From contig OX597842.1 of the NCBI GenBank assembly GCA_951406725.2, positions 19,406,001 to 19,470,000 on the forward strand: a DNA stretch of 64,000 nt, written 5' to 3'. Below the pieces are notes generated by a model. It did not search any database and had not been told where the DNA came from. It worked only from the letters and a program-made list of their open reading frames with translations. This stretch comes from Octopus vulgaris. Its lineage: Eukaryota. Shown here piece after piece: positions 30,758 through 43,991 of the stretch. Every line of letters begins with the position of its first letter. The first letter of the stretch is position 1. A program made the position numbers and the translations under genes.

Positions 30758-32730
30758 CATCATCATCATCGTTTAACATAGGCGCGATTGATGCCGTCAG
30801 TCTCCGGGAGTGTGTGGCGATATGCACCGGGTAAATACAGCGACGATCGGATGGTGTTTGTTACGTGCCCACAGCATGGAGGCCAGTCAATGCGGTACTG
30901 GCTACGGCCACGTTCAGATTGTTTTCTTATGTGCCACTGGCACTGGTACCACAAAGATACAAATTCTATTGATGTTCATCGATTTTGATTTGATTTGATT
31001 TTCACTTGCCTCAACAGGTCTTCACAAGTAGAGTTATGTGTCCCAAGAAGGAAGGTATGCACAGGTGGACTGACTACGTCCCAGGTAGGGGCCATGGGTT
31101 ATGGCCTCACGTGTCCTGCCGGGTCTTCTCGCACACAGCATACTTCCAAAGGTCTCGGTCTCTGGTCATTTCCTCGGTGAGACCTAAAGCGCGAAGGTCA
31201 TTCTTCACCACCTCGTCCCAGGTTTTCCTGGGTCTACCTCTTCCACAGGTTCCCTCAACTGCTAGAGTATGGCACTTTTTCACACAACTATCTTCATCCA
31301 TTCTTACTACGTGTCCATACCAGCGTAGACGCCTCACTTGCACACCACATCTGATGCTTCTTAGGTCCAACTTTTCTCCTAAGGCACTTACACTCTGTCG
31401 GGTATGAACACTGACATTACACATCCAACGGAGCATACTGGCTTCATTTCTTGTGAGCTTACGCATATCCATGTTTCACTGCCATGTAGCATGGCTGTTC
31501 GCACACATGCGTCATACAGTCTACCTTTTACTCTGAGCGAGAGGCCTTTTGTCACCAGCAGAGGTAAGAGCTCTCTGAACTTTGCCCAGGCTATTCTTAC
31601 TCTAGCAGTTAAACTTCCGCCCCCCCCCCCCCCGCTACTGACTTGGTCACCTAGGTAACGGAAACTATCAACTATTTCAAGTTTTTCTCCCTGGAATGTG
31701 GCGGAAGTAGGTCTCTGCGCATTTTCAGTCTTTATTGAACCAGAGCATCTGCCACATACAAAAACTATCTTCCTAGTTAGCCTTCCTTTGACATTGCTGC
31801 ACCTCTTATGTGTCCATAGCTTACACTTGGTGCATCTTATAGAGTTCCTACCTATGCCTTTTCTACAGATCGAGCAGGGCCATCTACCTGAAGGCGTTTG
31901 AGATTTGTCTACCTTCCTACTTATTAGGACTTTGGTTTTAGTCAGATTGACTCTAAGGCCTCCTTCGTGTATCACCTGGTTAACTATACGGGTGACTAGG
32001 CTATAGCCGACACTGTCAGATATTTTGAGCATCTCAGCAGTAATTCCTGATGGGCCTGGGGCTTTCCCTGTCTTCATGCTTCCAATTGCCTTAACTACCA
32101 TGGAACTGTCAACTCGGATGGCTGGTCCCTCTATTGGGTCAACATTCGGCAGACTCTCATTATCCCATTCATTCTCTTTGTTGAGCAACCTTTCATAGTG
32201 GCATCTCCAAACCTCTCTCTTTGCATCCTCATTTAGCGCAAGTGAACCATCATCCATGCGGACACATTTCTCTCCTACCACATCACGATTCTCTCTCACA
32301 CATTGTCTTGCAACATGAAACACCTCAAGTCTTTGGTCCTCATGGCGCAGAACATTGGCAAATTTTTTCTTATCTGCTTCCCCTCTGGCTAAATATACCT
32401 GTCTCCTAGCTTCTGTTTTTGCAGTCTGATACAATTCCTTACTACCGCCTTTCCTCCAGTCCTTCCAAGCCTGTCTCTTGTCTCCAATAGCCCTGTCTAC
32501 AACATTGTTCCACCACCATGTTACCCTGGGATGAGATGGGACTTTGCTCCATCCACAGATCTGGTCAGTGGCTCTCAGCAGATTGTCCCGTAGAAACCTC
32601 CAGTTGGCTTCCACATTATGTGATGCTATATCCCTTTCTATTTCGTCGAAAGCTTCGAGTAGAACTTCTCTAAATCTCCGTCCATTTACAGGATCTTTAA
32701 GTTTCCAGACTCTTCTCCTCTGAGCTGGTC
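30758..32730 (-). mobile_element. RTE LINE, 5'-truncated, RT core deleted, PHD-like finger insert, (GAT)n tail
   Basis: TWWWN..., MKTGKAPGPSGITAEMLK, then directly GLRVNLTKTK, a Cys/His cluster, FRYLG, MLHGSETW and RLRWYGHV. The tail is at 30758-30770. Confidence 0.85.
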
Positions 32731-32734
32731 TTCT

Positions 32735-32826
<92 letters not shown>

Positions 32827-33832
32827 ATATATATATGTGTGTGTGTGTATTTATTTAGACATATTCTCCAGTTGTGCTTTAGTGAAAAAGGGTTCAATAT
32901 CCCCAGATACATTGTTGAGGTTAATATCAGCTTTAGAATTCATCTAAAAGAAAAGAAAATAGCAAAAAATAAAACATTCTGCCAGCGCCGCCTCCACTGG
33001 CTTCCGTGCCGGTGGCACGTAAAATACACCAATCCGACCGTACGACAGGCACCCATGCCAACCCCCTTTGCTTGTGAAGACATGTTGGGGCAAGCGAAAT
33101 CAAAATCGAAATCGAATTGAACCAGCCAGGATCCCTGGTCTGGTGGTACGTAAAGCACTATCCGACTCGTGGCCGATGCCAGCACCGCCTCGACTGGCTT
33201 CCGTGCCGGTGGCACATAAAATACACCAATTCGACCGTGGCCGTTGCCAGCCTCGCCTGGCACCTGTGCAGGTGGCACGTAAAAAGCACCCACTACACTC
33301 ACGGAGTGGTTGGCGTTAGGAAGGGCATCCAGCTGTAGAAACATTGCCAGATAAGACTGGGGCCTGGTGCAGCCTTCTGGCTTCCCAGATCCCCGGTCGA
33401 ACCGTCCAACCCATGCTAGCATGGAGAACGGACGTTAAACGATGATGATGATGTGTATGTGTGTGTGTATTTATTCATATTAAGGGCACTACCATACATA
33501 AATACCTCACACTACAAGGGACTCTTAAAGTCAAAACTACCATAATAAATACATTGTACTGAACATGAAGGACCGCAACTCTTGAAGCATTTTGTGCACT
33601 AATTATAGAATCATATGATCTGCAGCTAAATTTGTTCCTTGCTTTACAGGTGTCGCGTAAGATCTGGTTGGAGGTTCAACTTTCCGAGTTCTTTTACAGG
33701 GCTTAGGAAAACTGAAGGACCGCTGCAATGAGTGGGTGAATCTGAGAGAGAAATATGCTGAATAGAATCGTAATTAACTGATCCACCTCTATTTTCTTTT
33801 ACCCAGCGCCAGGAACTTTTCAGCAGTATCTT

Positions 33833-33868
<36 letters not shown>

Positions 33869-33990
33869 GCAAAATACATCACAATGACGAAGAGAGTCCA
33901 GCTCTCCATCTTTTATGGAAAGAAACAACCTCAGAAATAAAGATTTCTCCAAACCTGGCAATGTCATTAAAATAAAGAAAGACAATTTGA

Positions 33991-34477
33991 GGAGCTTTTC
34001 GGTTTGTACGTCAGTTTTTTCTAACGGTGTCATATGAAATTGTCACCCATAATTATGACCCTAGTATCGATCTAGGATCTTTTTGGTTTGAATAATAATT
34101 TCTAGGTAATTAAACACTTTTAAACTTCGTATACTGGTAGAATGTGTTTATAAAACATCTTTTTCTCTTGGTTTTATTGAGAAAATTCTATAGTTTGTAA
34201 GATATTTGTTGGGTTTTTTTCTGCAATTTCAACCAATCACTGACGTCTATTGAGGTAAAATAAAACATTCTGTGTCGTATGAATATGTCCCTCGTATAAG
34301 AAACAGATTGGGTTTATTTACATTTCTGAAGAAAAAAAAATACCCTTCCCCTCACCCCTAACTAACCCTAACCCTAAAGCAGATTGAAATGCAATAGATC
34401 GATACTGGGGTCATAATTATGGGTGAAAATTTCATGACACCGCTAGAAAAAAACTGCCGGTCAAACCGCAAAGATCC
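33991..34477. mobile_element. MITE with ~85-bp TIRs and internal CCCTAA repeats
   Basis: GGAGCTTTTCGGTTTG..CACCCATAATTATGACCCTAGTATCGATCTA is inverted at TAGATCGATACTGGGGTCATAATTATGGGTG..CAAACCGCAAAGATCC. Confidence 0.8.
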
Positions 34478-34512
34478 ACGCTTTCTTCACTCTCACTCTT
34501 TCTTTGCACCCA

Positions 34513-34555
<43 letters not shown>

Positions 34556-36239
34556 TTTGCACATATACATGCACACACATACACATACACGTTTAGGGTA
34601 GAATTGTATTTCGCAGAACCATAGACATATAGATATATCTATATTTCATGTCTTATACACACTCATGTCTACCCATAGATGCACATATCTATATAGTTTG
34701 TCTCTATAAGAAACAATATCAAACAGAGTTCTCCCGTGAAATGACATAAAAATGAAAGACAAAATGATTTGAAAATTTAGATAAATCAAAGAGAAAATTC
34801 TTACACAATAATGATCTTAAAATATAATGTATTATCTCACTCAAAAATATCCATAATTCCATTCATACAAATTACTTTCGATATTATAATTACTTTATAG
34901 ATATAAAACAAAACAAATTATTGACATTTTGTTAATGAGAAATAAATTTTTTAATCATTTGTCAAAAATATATTTTTCTTGTCAAACTTCTCATTATTTC
35001 AAAAAGTTAATCTTAAAAACGAAACAAGAAAAAAACTTGGCAAACAAACACAAGAAATAACTTGAGGTGGTTTAATTGAATTTTTTTCAGTGAAAAATAA
35101 AATAGTTTTATTTTAAAAGTGGACATTAGATGGAAAATTGCGTAAAGAATGACAGAAATACACAAGAATACAAGAACAGATTAAATGGTCGTCTGTCTCT
35201 GTGGAAGGTTGTCGTCTGCTGGGAAGGGAAAAGGCGGGAAACGGTGGGATGTTTGATGTAAAGGGAGGGAGAGAGGGAGAGATATAGAAAGGAAGAGGGA
35301 GGAGAGAAGAAAGGGTTGGAGTGATAAGGAGGGAAAAGAGAAATATAAAAGGTGCAGAGATGAAAAGAGTGAAAGGAAGAGAGAGGGGAAACGAAAGGAA
35401 GAATGGAGGGACCTAATGATAAAGACAGAGAGAGAAAGAGGGAATAAGAGAGAGAGTGAAAACGAAGAGAAATAGATAGACATAGAGAGAGAGAGATGAA
35501 GAGAGTTATACATTTGGTAAAGGAAGAGGGGGGGATAGAGATGCACAAGACAGAGAGAGAGAGAGAGAAAGAGAAAGACAGAGGAGAGGGAAGAGAAAGC
35601 GTAATAAAGGAGAACGAATGTAATAAATGACAGAGAGGTATGTTGGGAGAGAAGAAGAGAAATTGTGAGAGAGAAAGGGGCAGGAGTGATAGAGTTATGA
35701 AGGCAACAGAGAAAGAGAGGCAGCTACAAAGAAGAGAGAGGGAGGAGAGAAAGGAATATAGAAAAGAGAGGGAAATATAGAGAGGGTGAGAGTAGGGCAA
35801 AGGGAAAAAGAGGAATAATGCAAAACGTAAACAAAAGGGAAAGAAAATACATACATACATACATACATACACACATACATACATACATATATATATATAT
35901 ACATACGTACATATATACATACGTACATACATACAAACATACATACACACATACATATATATACATATATATATATACATACATACATACATATATACAT
36001 ATACATATATACAAACATATATATATATACATACATACATACATACGTACATACAAACATATATACATATATATATATATACATACATACTTATATACGT
36101 ACATATATATATATATACATACATACATACACACATACATACATATATACATACATACTTATATACGTACATATATATATATATACATACATACATACAT
36201 ACACACATACATACATACGTACATACATACGTACATACA

Positions 36240-36270
<31 letters not shown>

Positions 36271-36278
36271 GTACATAC

Positions 36279-36331
<53 letters not shown>

Positions 36332-36479
36332 CGTACATATATACATACGTATACATACATATATATATATAACGGGAAGCTTTATGAAAATAGACAAAAG
36401 ACGAAGGCAGGTGGAATACAAACAAACAATTGTATTAGTATATATACATACGTACATATATACATACGTACATACATAC

Positions 36480-36524
<45 letters not shown>

Positions 36525-37025
36525 CGTACGTACATACATACATACACATATATATACATACATACGTACATATATACATACGTACATATATACATACATA
36601 CATACATATGTACATACAAACATACGTATATATATATATATCTTTAAACTGGTTGATGTCGTGAAGGTACGGGAGGGGAGATCGATGGGAATAAAAAAAC
36701 TATGGATTAAGAATTTCCCATTTAGAAAATGCCTCTCTCTATCCCATCAGTTTGAAGTGACTGAAGCTAAAAGTAAATATGTGAAAAATCCCGGCAATAA
36801 TGGAGAAAACCCAACTAATACGGAACAGCTATTCCGAAAGTCTGTCTGTCTGTCTCTCTCTATGTTTGTTTACATATAAATACCTATGCATACATAGAAT
36901 TGAAAAATAGGATAAAATCTTTATAAGAATTTATCAAGTAGTTAGCGTGAAAAACCTCATAAGGGAAAAATCCATCAATTATGCCTCTTAAATATATTTA
37001 TCTTTATTTGTATTAAGGGCATTAC

Positions 37026-37252
37026 TATACATAAATGCCCCACGCTAGGAGGGACTCCTAAAGTCAAAAATTATGGTAGTTTTGACTTAAAGAGTCCCTC
37101 CTAGTGCGAGGCATTTATGTATATAAATGTTTTATGTAATATATATATATATTCCATAAAACATTTATATACATAAATGCCTCACGCTAGGAGGAACTCC
37201 TAAAGTCAAAAATTATAATAGTTTTGACTTTAAGAGTTCCTCCTAGTGCGAG
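37026..37252. repeat. Nested fold-back (palindrome of palindromes)
   Basis: A 43-nt arm ATACATAAATGCC.CACGCTAGGAGG.ACTCCTAAAGTCAAAA occurs as A, A', A, A' around a central palindromic AT spacer. Confidence 0.85.
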
Positions 37253-37254
37253 AC

Positions 37255-37541
37255 AGATGAGTGACAACCTGGCCACTGGTGGTGGTGTAACACACCATAC
37301 TAATCATATCTGTCGGGCATGTGGAAGAGAGTGTAATTCGGCAGGAAGACTTAAACGACATGCAAAGGTACATGAAGTCCAGTTACAACTACAGCCGGCT
37401 TTTTACCGGTAAAGGTTTTAGTTGCCAATTCTGTACAAGACATTGTAGATCTTTGGCTGGGCTAAAATTTCACATTCGATCACAGCATCAATAACAGTTA
37501 AGCTTCGTGCAATGGCTATACTCGATAACGAGGGGGCAGCC

Positions 37542-37543
<2 letters not shown>
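37255..37543 (+). mobile_element. LINE 3'-end derivative encoding two C2H2 fingers
   Basis: HICRACGRECNSAGRLKRHAKVH and FSCQFCTRHCRSLAGLKFHIRSQH, ending CTCGATAACGAGGGGGCAGCCAT. A second copy is at 47023-47308(-). Confidence 0.65.
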
Positions 37544-37623
<80 letters not shown>

Positions 37624-38399
37624 CGGTTTGGCAAAAGAGGCCAATAGAATAAGTACTGGGCTTACAAAAGAATAAGTCCCAGGGTCGAGTTGCTCGATTA
37701 AAAGGCGGTGCTCTAGCATGGCCACAGTCAAATGACTGAAACAAGTAAAAGAATAAAAGAATAAAAGAATATATATATATATATTTACACGCACATATAT
37801 ACATGTCTATCATACACTCATAGTAAACATCTGTTCCTTTTGCAAGTATTACGCACAAAAAGACAAATATACCTGTATTTCATACATACTTATACACACT
37901 TATATACACATAGATGCAGGTATCTATATACAGTGTGTCTTTACAAGAAACAATGCCAAAATAGATTTCTCCCATGAAATGACATGAAAATTGAAGGCAA
38001 CATATCGAAATTTTTTTTTAAAATATATTATTGATATTTTTTTTAATGAGAAATAAATTTTTCAATCAAAAATACATTTTACTTTTTTCAATTTCCATTA
38101 TTTTAACAAGTTAATCTTAAAATGAAACAAGAGATGGAAAACTTTCTCAAACGAATTCAAAATGTCAAACAAACACAAGAAATAACTTAATGTGGTTTTG
38201 TGGAATTTTTTTCAGTGAAAAATAAAATAGTTTTTACCTTTAAAGTGGACATTAGATGGAAAATTGCGTAAAGAATGACAGAAATACACAAGAATACAAG
38301 AACAGATTAAATGGTCGTCTGTCTCTGTAGAAGGGTGTCGTCTGCTGGGAAGGGAAAAGGCGGGAAAATGTCGTTGGGTTCATGTAAGACAGTGAGAGG

Positions 38400-38685
38400 G
38401 TAGGAGAAGAAATAGAGAGGATGAGAAGAAATAGGGAGGAAGAGAAGAAATAGAGAGAAAATAGAGGAGGAGAAGATATAGAGAGGATGAGAGGAAATAG
38501 AGAGGATGAGAAGAAATAGAGGGGAAGAGGAGAAATAGAGAGGATGAGAAGAAATAGACGGGATGAGAAGAAATAGAGAGGATGAGAAGAAATAGAGAGG
38601 ATGAGAAGAAATAGAGGGGGAGAGAAGAAATAGAGAGGATGAGAAGAAATAGACGGGAAGAGAAGAAATAGAGAGGATGAGAGAG
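38400..38685. repeat. GA-rich ~19-bp minisatellite
   Basis: GAGAAGAAATAGAGAGGAT repeated. Confidence 0.8.
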
Positions 38686-39814
38686 AGAACAGAAGAAAGG
38701 GTCGGAGTGATATTGACGGTTCAGAATGTGTAGATTATGATTATATCGGAATTTAATATGAAAATATAAATTTGGTGGGCTTATACACATACATACTGAC
38801 ACCCTTCACATATATCTAGATTAAACTTCAAATTTTGAAAAAAAAAAAAAAGAATAAAATCATGTCTGTGCCAAACAGTTTTGTTTTTCATGTTAAATTC
38901 CAATATTATCGTAATTTACACATTTACACACTCTGAGAAATATTTGTAGAAAATTTCATTGAAAAATACCCGTTTTCCTGAAAGTTACGAAGGAACAAAA
39001 CTAACTTGTGTGAATTTTCCTAAATTTCTCTTTCCAATCACGGAAAAACTTTTTTTCGCAACACATTCCGATATAATCAGAATCTAGGTACTATACTAGC
39101 AATTTGATATTTAGTTTCACCACACATTAGGGTAAATTTTCACATTAATATATATAATACCTGTTGGCATTCTTACCTGTTCTGATCGCGGGAAATCTCA
39201 AAAGGGACCACAAGGATCTCGGAATACAATATCGAAAAACTCTGTTCATTCCCCGGGTTTTTCCAATTTCTATGTAACACGAAATTTCTTTCATATTTTC
39301 TTCATTTTGTAGGGAAAAAAACCCCACTTTATATATAAAATATAAATAAAATGAACCCTTTATTTTCACTTTTTGCCACACAGTATATATAATACCTGTT
39401 TCTTTTTTTTTTTTTTTACCGCGGGAAATTTCTCTGAAATTTTATCGCCAAGAAACAAATCCGACCAGTTTGGGATTTTTGTGGAAACTCATCCCAACCC
39501 CTACGAATAGCTTTTTCCAAAAATAGAAATAATAATGCGATATAATCGGATTCTATGAATCGATTATGGAAAAAATAAAAATTTACAAATAGAAAAAAAT
39601 GTGCGAAAAAGAGTTTGTGTGAGGTTTGGCTGCTATTTCTAGCACGTGAATAGACTGCTTATTTAAGGTACGGCTGCGCCCAGTTTTGATTTCGAAGTAT
39701 TTAAAAAGCTTATTTGGAAATCAAAGAGAAGGGAAGGACGCATTTTAAAAGCGAAAATTAAAAAAAAAAAAATTTCCAAAAACCTCCGCTCCACCCGTGT
39801 CGCCCACCCAAGAC

Positions 39815-41165
39815 GGGGAGAGAGAAAAATACAGTGTGAGAGGGAGAGAGGGTGAGAGAGAATAAGGAGAATGGGAGAGAGAGATGGTGAGAGAGAATAA
39901 GAGGGAGAATGGGTGAGAGAGAATAAGTGGGAGAATGCGAGAGAGGAAAATATATATAGAGAGAGAAACAGGGTAAAAGAATTACAGGGAGAATGAGAGA
40001 GAGGAAAATGCAGAGAGAGAGAGAGAGACAGGCTGAGAGAATAAGAGGGAAAATTGGAGAGGGGGAAAGACAGACAGAAAAATACAGTGTGAGGAGGAAA
40101 AGGGTGAGAGAGAGAACATGAGAATAGAAAAGAGAGAGGGAGGAAATACAGAGAGTGAGAAAATAAGAGGGAGAAGGGGAAATACAGACAGAAAAATACA
40201 GTGTGAGTAGGAGAAAGGGTGAGAGAGCATAAGGAAAATAAGAGAGAGAGGGAGGGGGAATACACAGTGAGAGAGGGTAAGAGAATAAAAAGGGAAATGG
40301 GAGAGAGAAGAGAGAGAGATACAGACATAGAGAGAGAGGTGGGAGATGTATTTAGTAAAGGACGCGGGTCAGTTGACGCATGCGCTTTGGTGAATGAAGT
40401 GTCGTCTGCTGATTGAAAAGTGAGAAATGTGTTGGATCCGGTTGAGAGAATAAGAGGGAGAATGAGAGAGAGGGAAATGCAGAGGGAGAGAGGGTAAGAG
40501 AATAAGAGGGAGAATGAGAGAGAGGGAAATGCAGAGGGAGAGAGGGTAAGAGAATAAGAGGGAGAATGAGAGAGAGGGAAATGCAGAGGGAGAGAGGGTA
40601 AGAGAATAAGAGGGAGAATGAGAGAGGGTAAGAGAATAAGAGGGAGAATGAGAGAGAGGGAAATGCAGAGGGAGAGAGGGTAAGAGAATAAGAGGGAGAA
40701 TGGGATAAAGGAGGAGAGAGAGAGAGAGAGACAGACAGACATAGAGAGAGAGGTGGGGGATGTATTTAGTAAAGGACGCGGGTCAGTTGACGCATGCGCT
40801 TTGGTGACTGAAGTGTCGTCTGCTGATTGGAAAGTGAGAAAGGTGTTGGATCCGGTTGAGAGAATAAGAGGGAGAATGAGAGAGAGGGAAATGCAGAGGG
40901 AGAGAGGGTAAGAGAATAAGAGGGAGAATGAGAGAGGGTAAGAGAATAAGAGGGAGAATGAGAGAGAGGGAAATGCAGAGGGAGAGAGGGTAAGAGAATA
41001 AGAGGGAGAATGGGATAAAGGAGGAGAGAGAGAGAGAGACAGACATAGAGAGAGAGGTGGGGGATGTATTTAATAAAGGAGATGGGTCAGTTGACGCATG
41101 CGCTTTGGTGACTGAAGTGTCGTCTGCTGATTGGAAAGTGAGAAAGGTGTTGGATGGGGTTGAGA
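39815..41165. repeat. GA-rich minisatellite with a triplicated ~125-bp module
   Basis: The module GGTCAGTTGACGCATGCGCTTTGGTGA.TGAAGTGTCGTCTGCTGATT occurs at ~40365, ~40780 and ~41085. Confidence 0.8.
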
Positions 41166-41494
41166 GTATTTTGGAGATGAAAGGGGAAAGAAGGGTGGAG
41201 AAGAAATGCCTGTGGCAAAGTGTGTTTCGTGAAAGAAAGATGCAAGCCTATAGCAAGTATGTTGCCAGTGAAAGGAGAATGTTTAAAGGGCTGAGTGTGA
41301 AAAAGGGGAATATAAAAAGGGCTGAGTGTGAGTCTGGGGTTTGTGGGGTCGACCACCGCCGCCGCCTCCTCATCCGCTTCATTTTTCCTGTAAATCACTC
41401 ATTCTCATTTAATTGTATATATTTTCATTGTTTGTTTCTTCACAGGTTTCGTCTCCTTCGTCGATCCCCTGACCCCCAATGTTTGTTTCGTCTG

Positions 41495-42643
41495 CCCTCG
41501 TATCGTTCCCTGCTAAAATTGCCAAGAAGGCCAACGGTGTCTTGGCATCACTCACCAAGTCCTTTGTCAGCCGCTCTCCGGCCATCTACCTGCGGCCTCA
41601 CCTGCAATTTGCATCACCCGTCTGGAACCCCTATCTTGCCCAGGATATTAATCGTCTGCAAGCAAGCGTGCAACCAAGAGAATAGCCTCCATCAGGCATT
41701 TGCCATATTCTCTAACGCCTTACTTCTTCCCTGGCCATGGACACATTGAAACTCCGACGTCTGGCAGCTGACTTGGCAGACACCCATAAAATTATTAACC
41801 CTCTTACAAACAATAACTCTGACCACCTTTTCAAACTCCACCCGTCCACATGTTTACAAAGTCAGAAAACAGCACCGCTCCTTCCGTGGCTTTCCCAAAC
41901 ATTTTTCCATGCTGAGACTTGCTGAAGCATGGAACAAACTGCCGGCATCAGTTGTTGGTTGTCGGATCACTGCATCCTTGAAAACTTCCATGCTTCCTGA
42001 GATTCGCCAACACCACACTTGAGCTTTCTCCCCTCCATACACACAAGCAAGCATCTATCTGACTCATACACTGTTCACTCCCCAGACAGATGCTTTATAC
42101 GCAGTTTTTCACAAGTTGTGAGGCACCTGAGCACTGTATACAATAATTTCATTATTATTATTATTCGCCAACACCACACCTGAGCTTTCTCCCCTCCATA
42201 CACACAAGCAAGCATCTATCTGACTCATACACTGTTCACTCCCCAGACAGATGCTTTATACGCAGTTTTTCACAAGTTGTGGGGCACCTGAGCACTGTAT
42301 ACAGTAATTTCATTATTATTATTATTCGCCAACACCACACTTGAGCTTTCTCCCCTCCATACACACAAGCAAGCATCTATCTGACTCATACACTGTTCAC
42401 TCCCCAGACAGATGCTTTATACGCAGTTTTTCACAAGTTGTGGGGCACCTGAGCACTGTATACAGTAATTTCATTATTATTATTATTCGCCAACACCACA
42501 CCTGAGCTTTCTCCTCCATACACACAAGCAAGCATCTATCTGACTCATACACTGTTCACTCCCCAGACAGATGCTTTATACGCAGTTTTTCACAAGTTGT
42601 GGGGCACCTGAGCACTGTATACAGTAATTTCATTATTATTATT
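41495..42643 (+). mobile_element. CR1-group LINE 3' fragment with fourfold tandem 3'UTR+(ATT)n tail
   Basis: RPHLQFASPVWNPYL and MDTLKLRRL match 52640-53170. The ~161-bp unit starts at ~42005, 42166, 42327 and 42488. Confidence 0.85.
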
Positions 42644-42644
42644 A

Positions 42645-43020
42645 TCTCTCTATATATAAACGGCAGTTTGTCTGTGCGTGTTTCTGTGTGTCTGTTTGCT
42701 TGTACCTTCACCCTGACCACGGCTTTCAACCGATTCTGATGAAACTTGACACACACATAGCCCAATGTCATAATTCAAAACTAACGCAGCGAAAATTTTG
42801 AAAAGTTCCCCCAGTTCTGAAAAAAATCGATAAATTCGACATGGGGTCCAGAATCAGAAACACAAACTGTCTAGGGGACGCAACTCCACCTTTTTTAACT
42901 AAAAAAAAAATTTACCATCATTTTTTCCCATTTTTTTGCTATTTTTTGGCTATAACTCTCTAAAAATGCTTTATAGTTATTTCCCTTACAAACCTGAGCA
43001 ACGCCGGGCGATACTGCTAG
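42645..43020 (+). mobile_element. Non-autonomous Helitron-like element
   Basis: A|TC...CCTGAGCAACGCCGGGCGATACTGCTAG|T. The last ~110 bp are shared with 28790-28888. Confidence 0.75.
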
Positions 43021-43991
43021 TTATCTAATAAAGGAATCGACTGACATGGTAAGGTTGGAGGAAGACGAACCGTTGATTAGGAAGCAACGTCTACGAAGGA
43101 CACGAAACTCAGTTATGAGCGCAGAACAAGTGATGGACGATAAGAGAATATCAATTGGGTAAGGAATGACCATGGTTCTTTTCTCCTTTAACTCTTGTTC
43201 CAACCATGGCTGCCCCTGCGTAGTTATTTGTGGTGTTGTTTACTTTGTAAAACAATGAAGGGAGATGGTTGCTAGCACATCAACCTCTACCCACATTCTC
43301 CCCATCCTCATCTTTACCATAAAGGGGCCCTAACAAAATCCGATAATAGGTAGAGAAGCAAAAGAGACAGAGAGGGCGCGGTTGGATTGGGGAAGTTCTT
43401 TTGTTTTGAATTTGGCGTGCCGATGGTGTGTGTGTGTGTGTCACTGAAGCCATACGTACGCACATAAATACATACATACATACATACATACATACATACA
43501 TACAAACATACATACCTACTTACATACACACATACATACATACATACACACGTACACACATACATACACACATACATACAAACATACATACGTACATACA
43601 CACATACATACATACGTACATACATACATACACACACACATACATACACACATACATACGTACATACACACATACATACGTACATACATACAAACATATA
43701 TACAAACATACATACGTACATACACACATACATACGTACATACATACACACACACACATACATACATACACACATACATGCATACACACATACATACATA
43801 CACACATAAATGCATACGTACATACACACATACATACATAAATACATACACACATACAAACATACAGACATACATACACACATACATACATACAAACACA
43901 CATACACACATATACATACATACATACATACATACATACATACATACATACATACATACATACATACATACACACACATACATCGTCATCA

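Noticed and set aside
34350-34378. Telomere-like CCCTAA repeats (also at ~18510)
   Set aside because: Only two to three units, internal to a MITE or LTR; not an interstitial telomere.
42005-42643. Regular repeats (also 5094-6318) as a CRISPR-like array
   Set aside because: The units repeat in full with no unique spacers, the context is eukaryotic TE sequence, and there are no cas genes.
42730-42750. CTGATGAAAC in the Helitron-like element
   Set aside because: There is no room for stem II and no stem I or III pairing.
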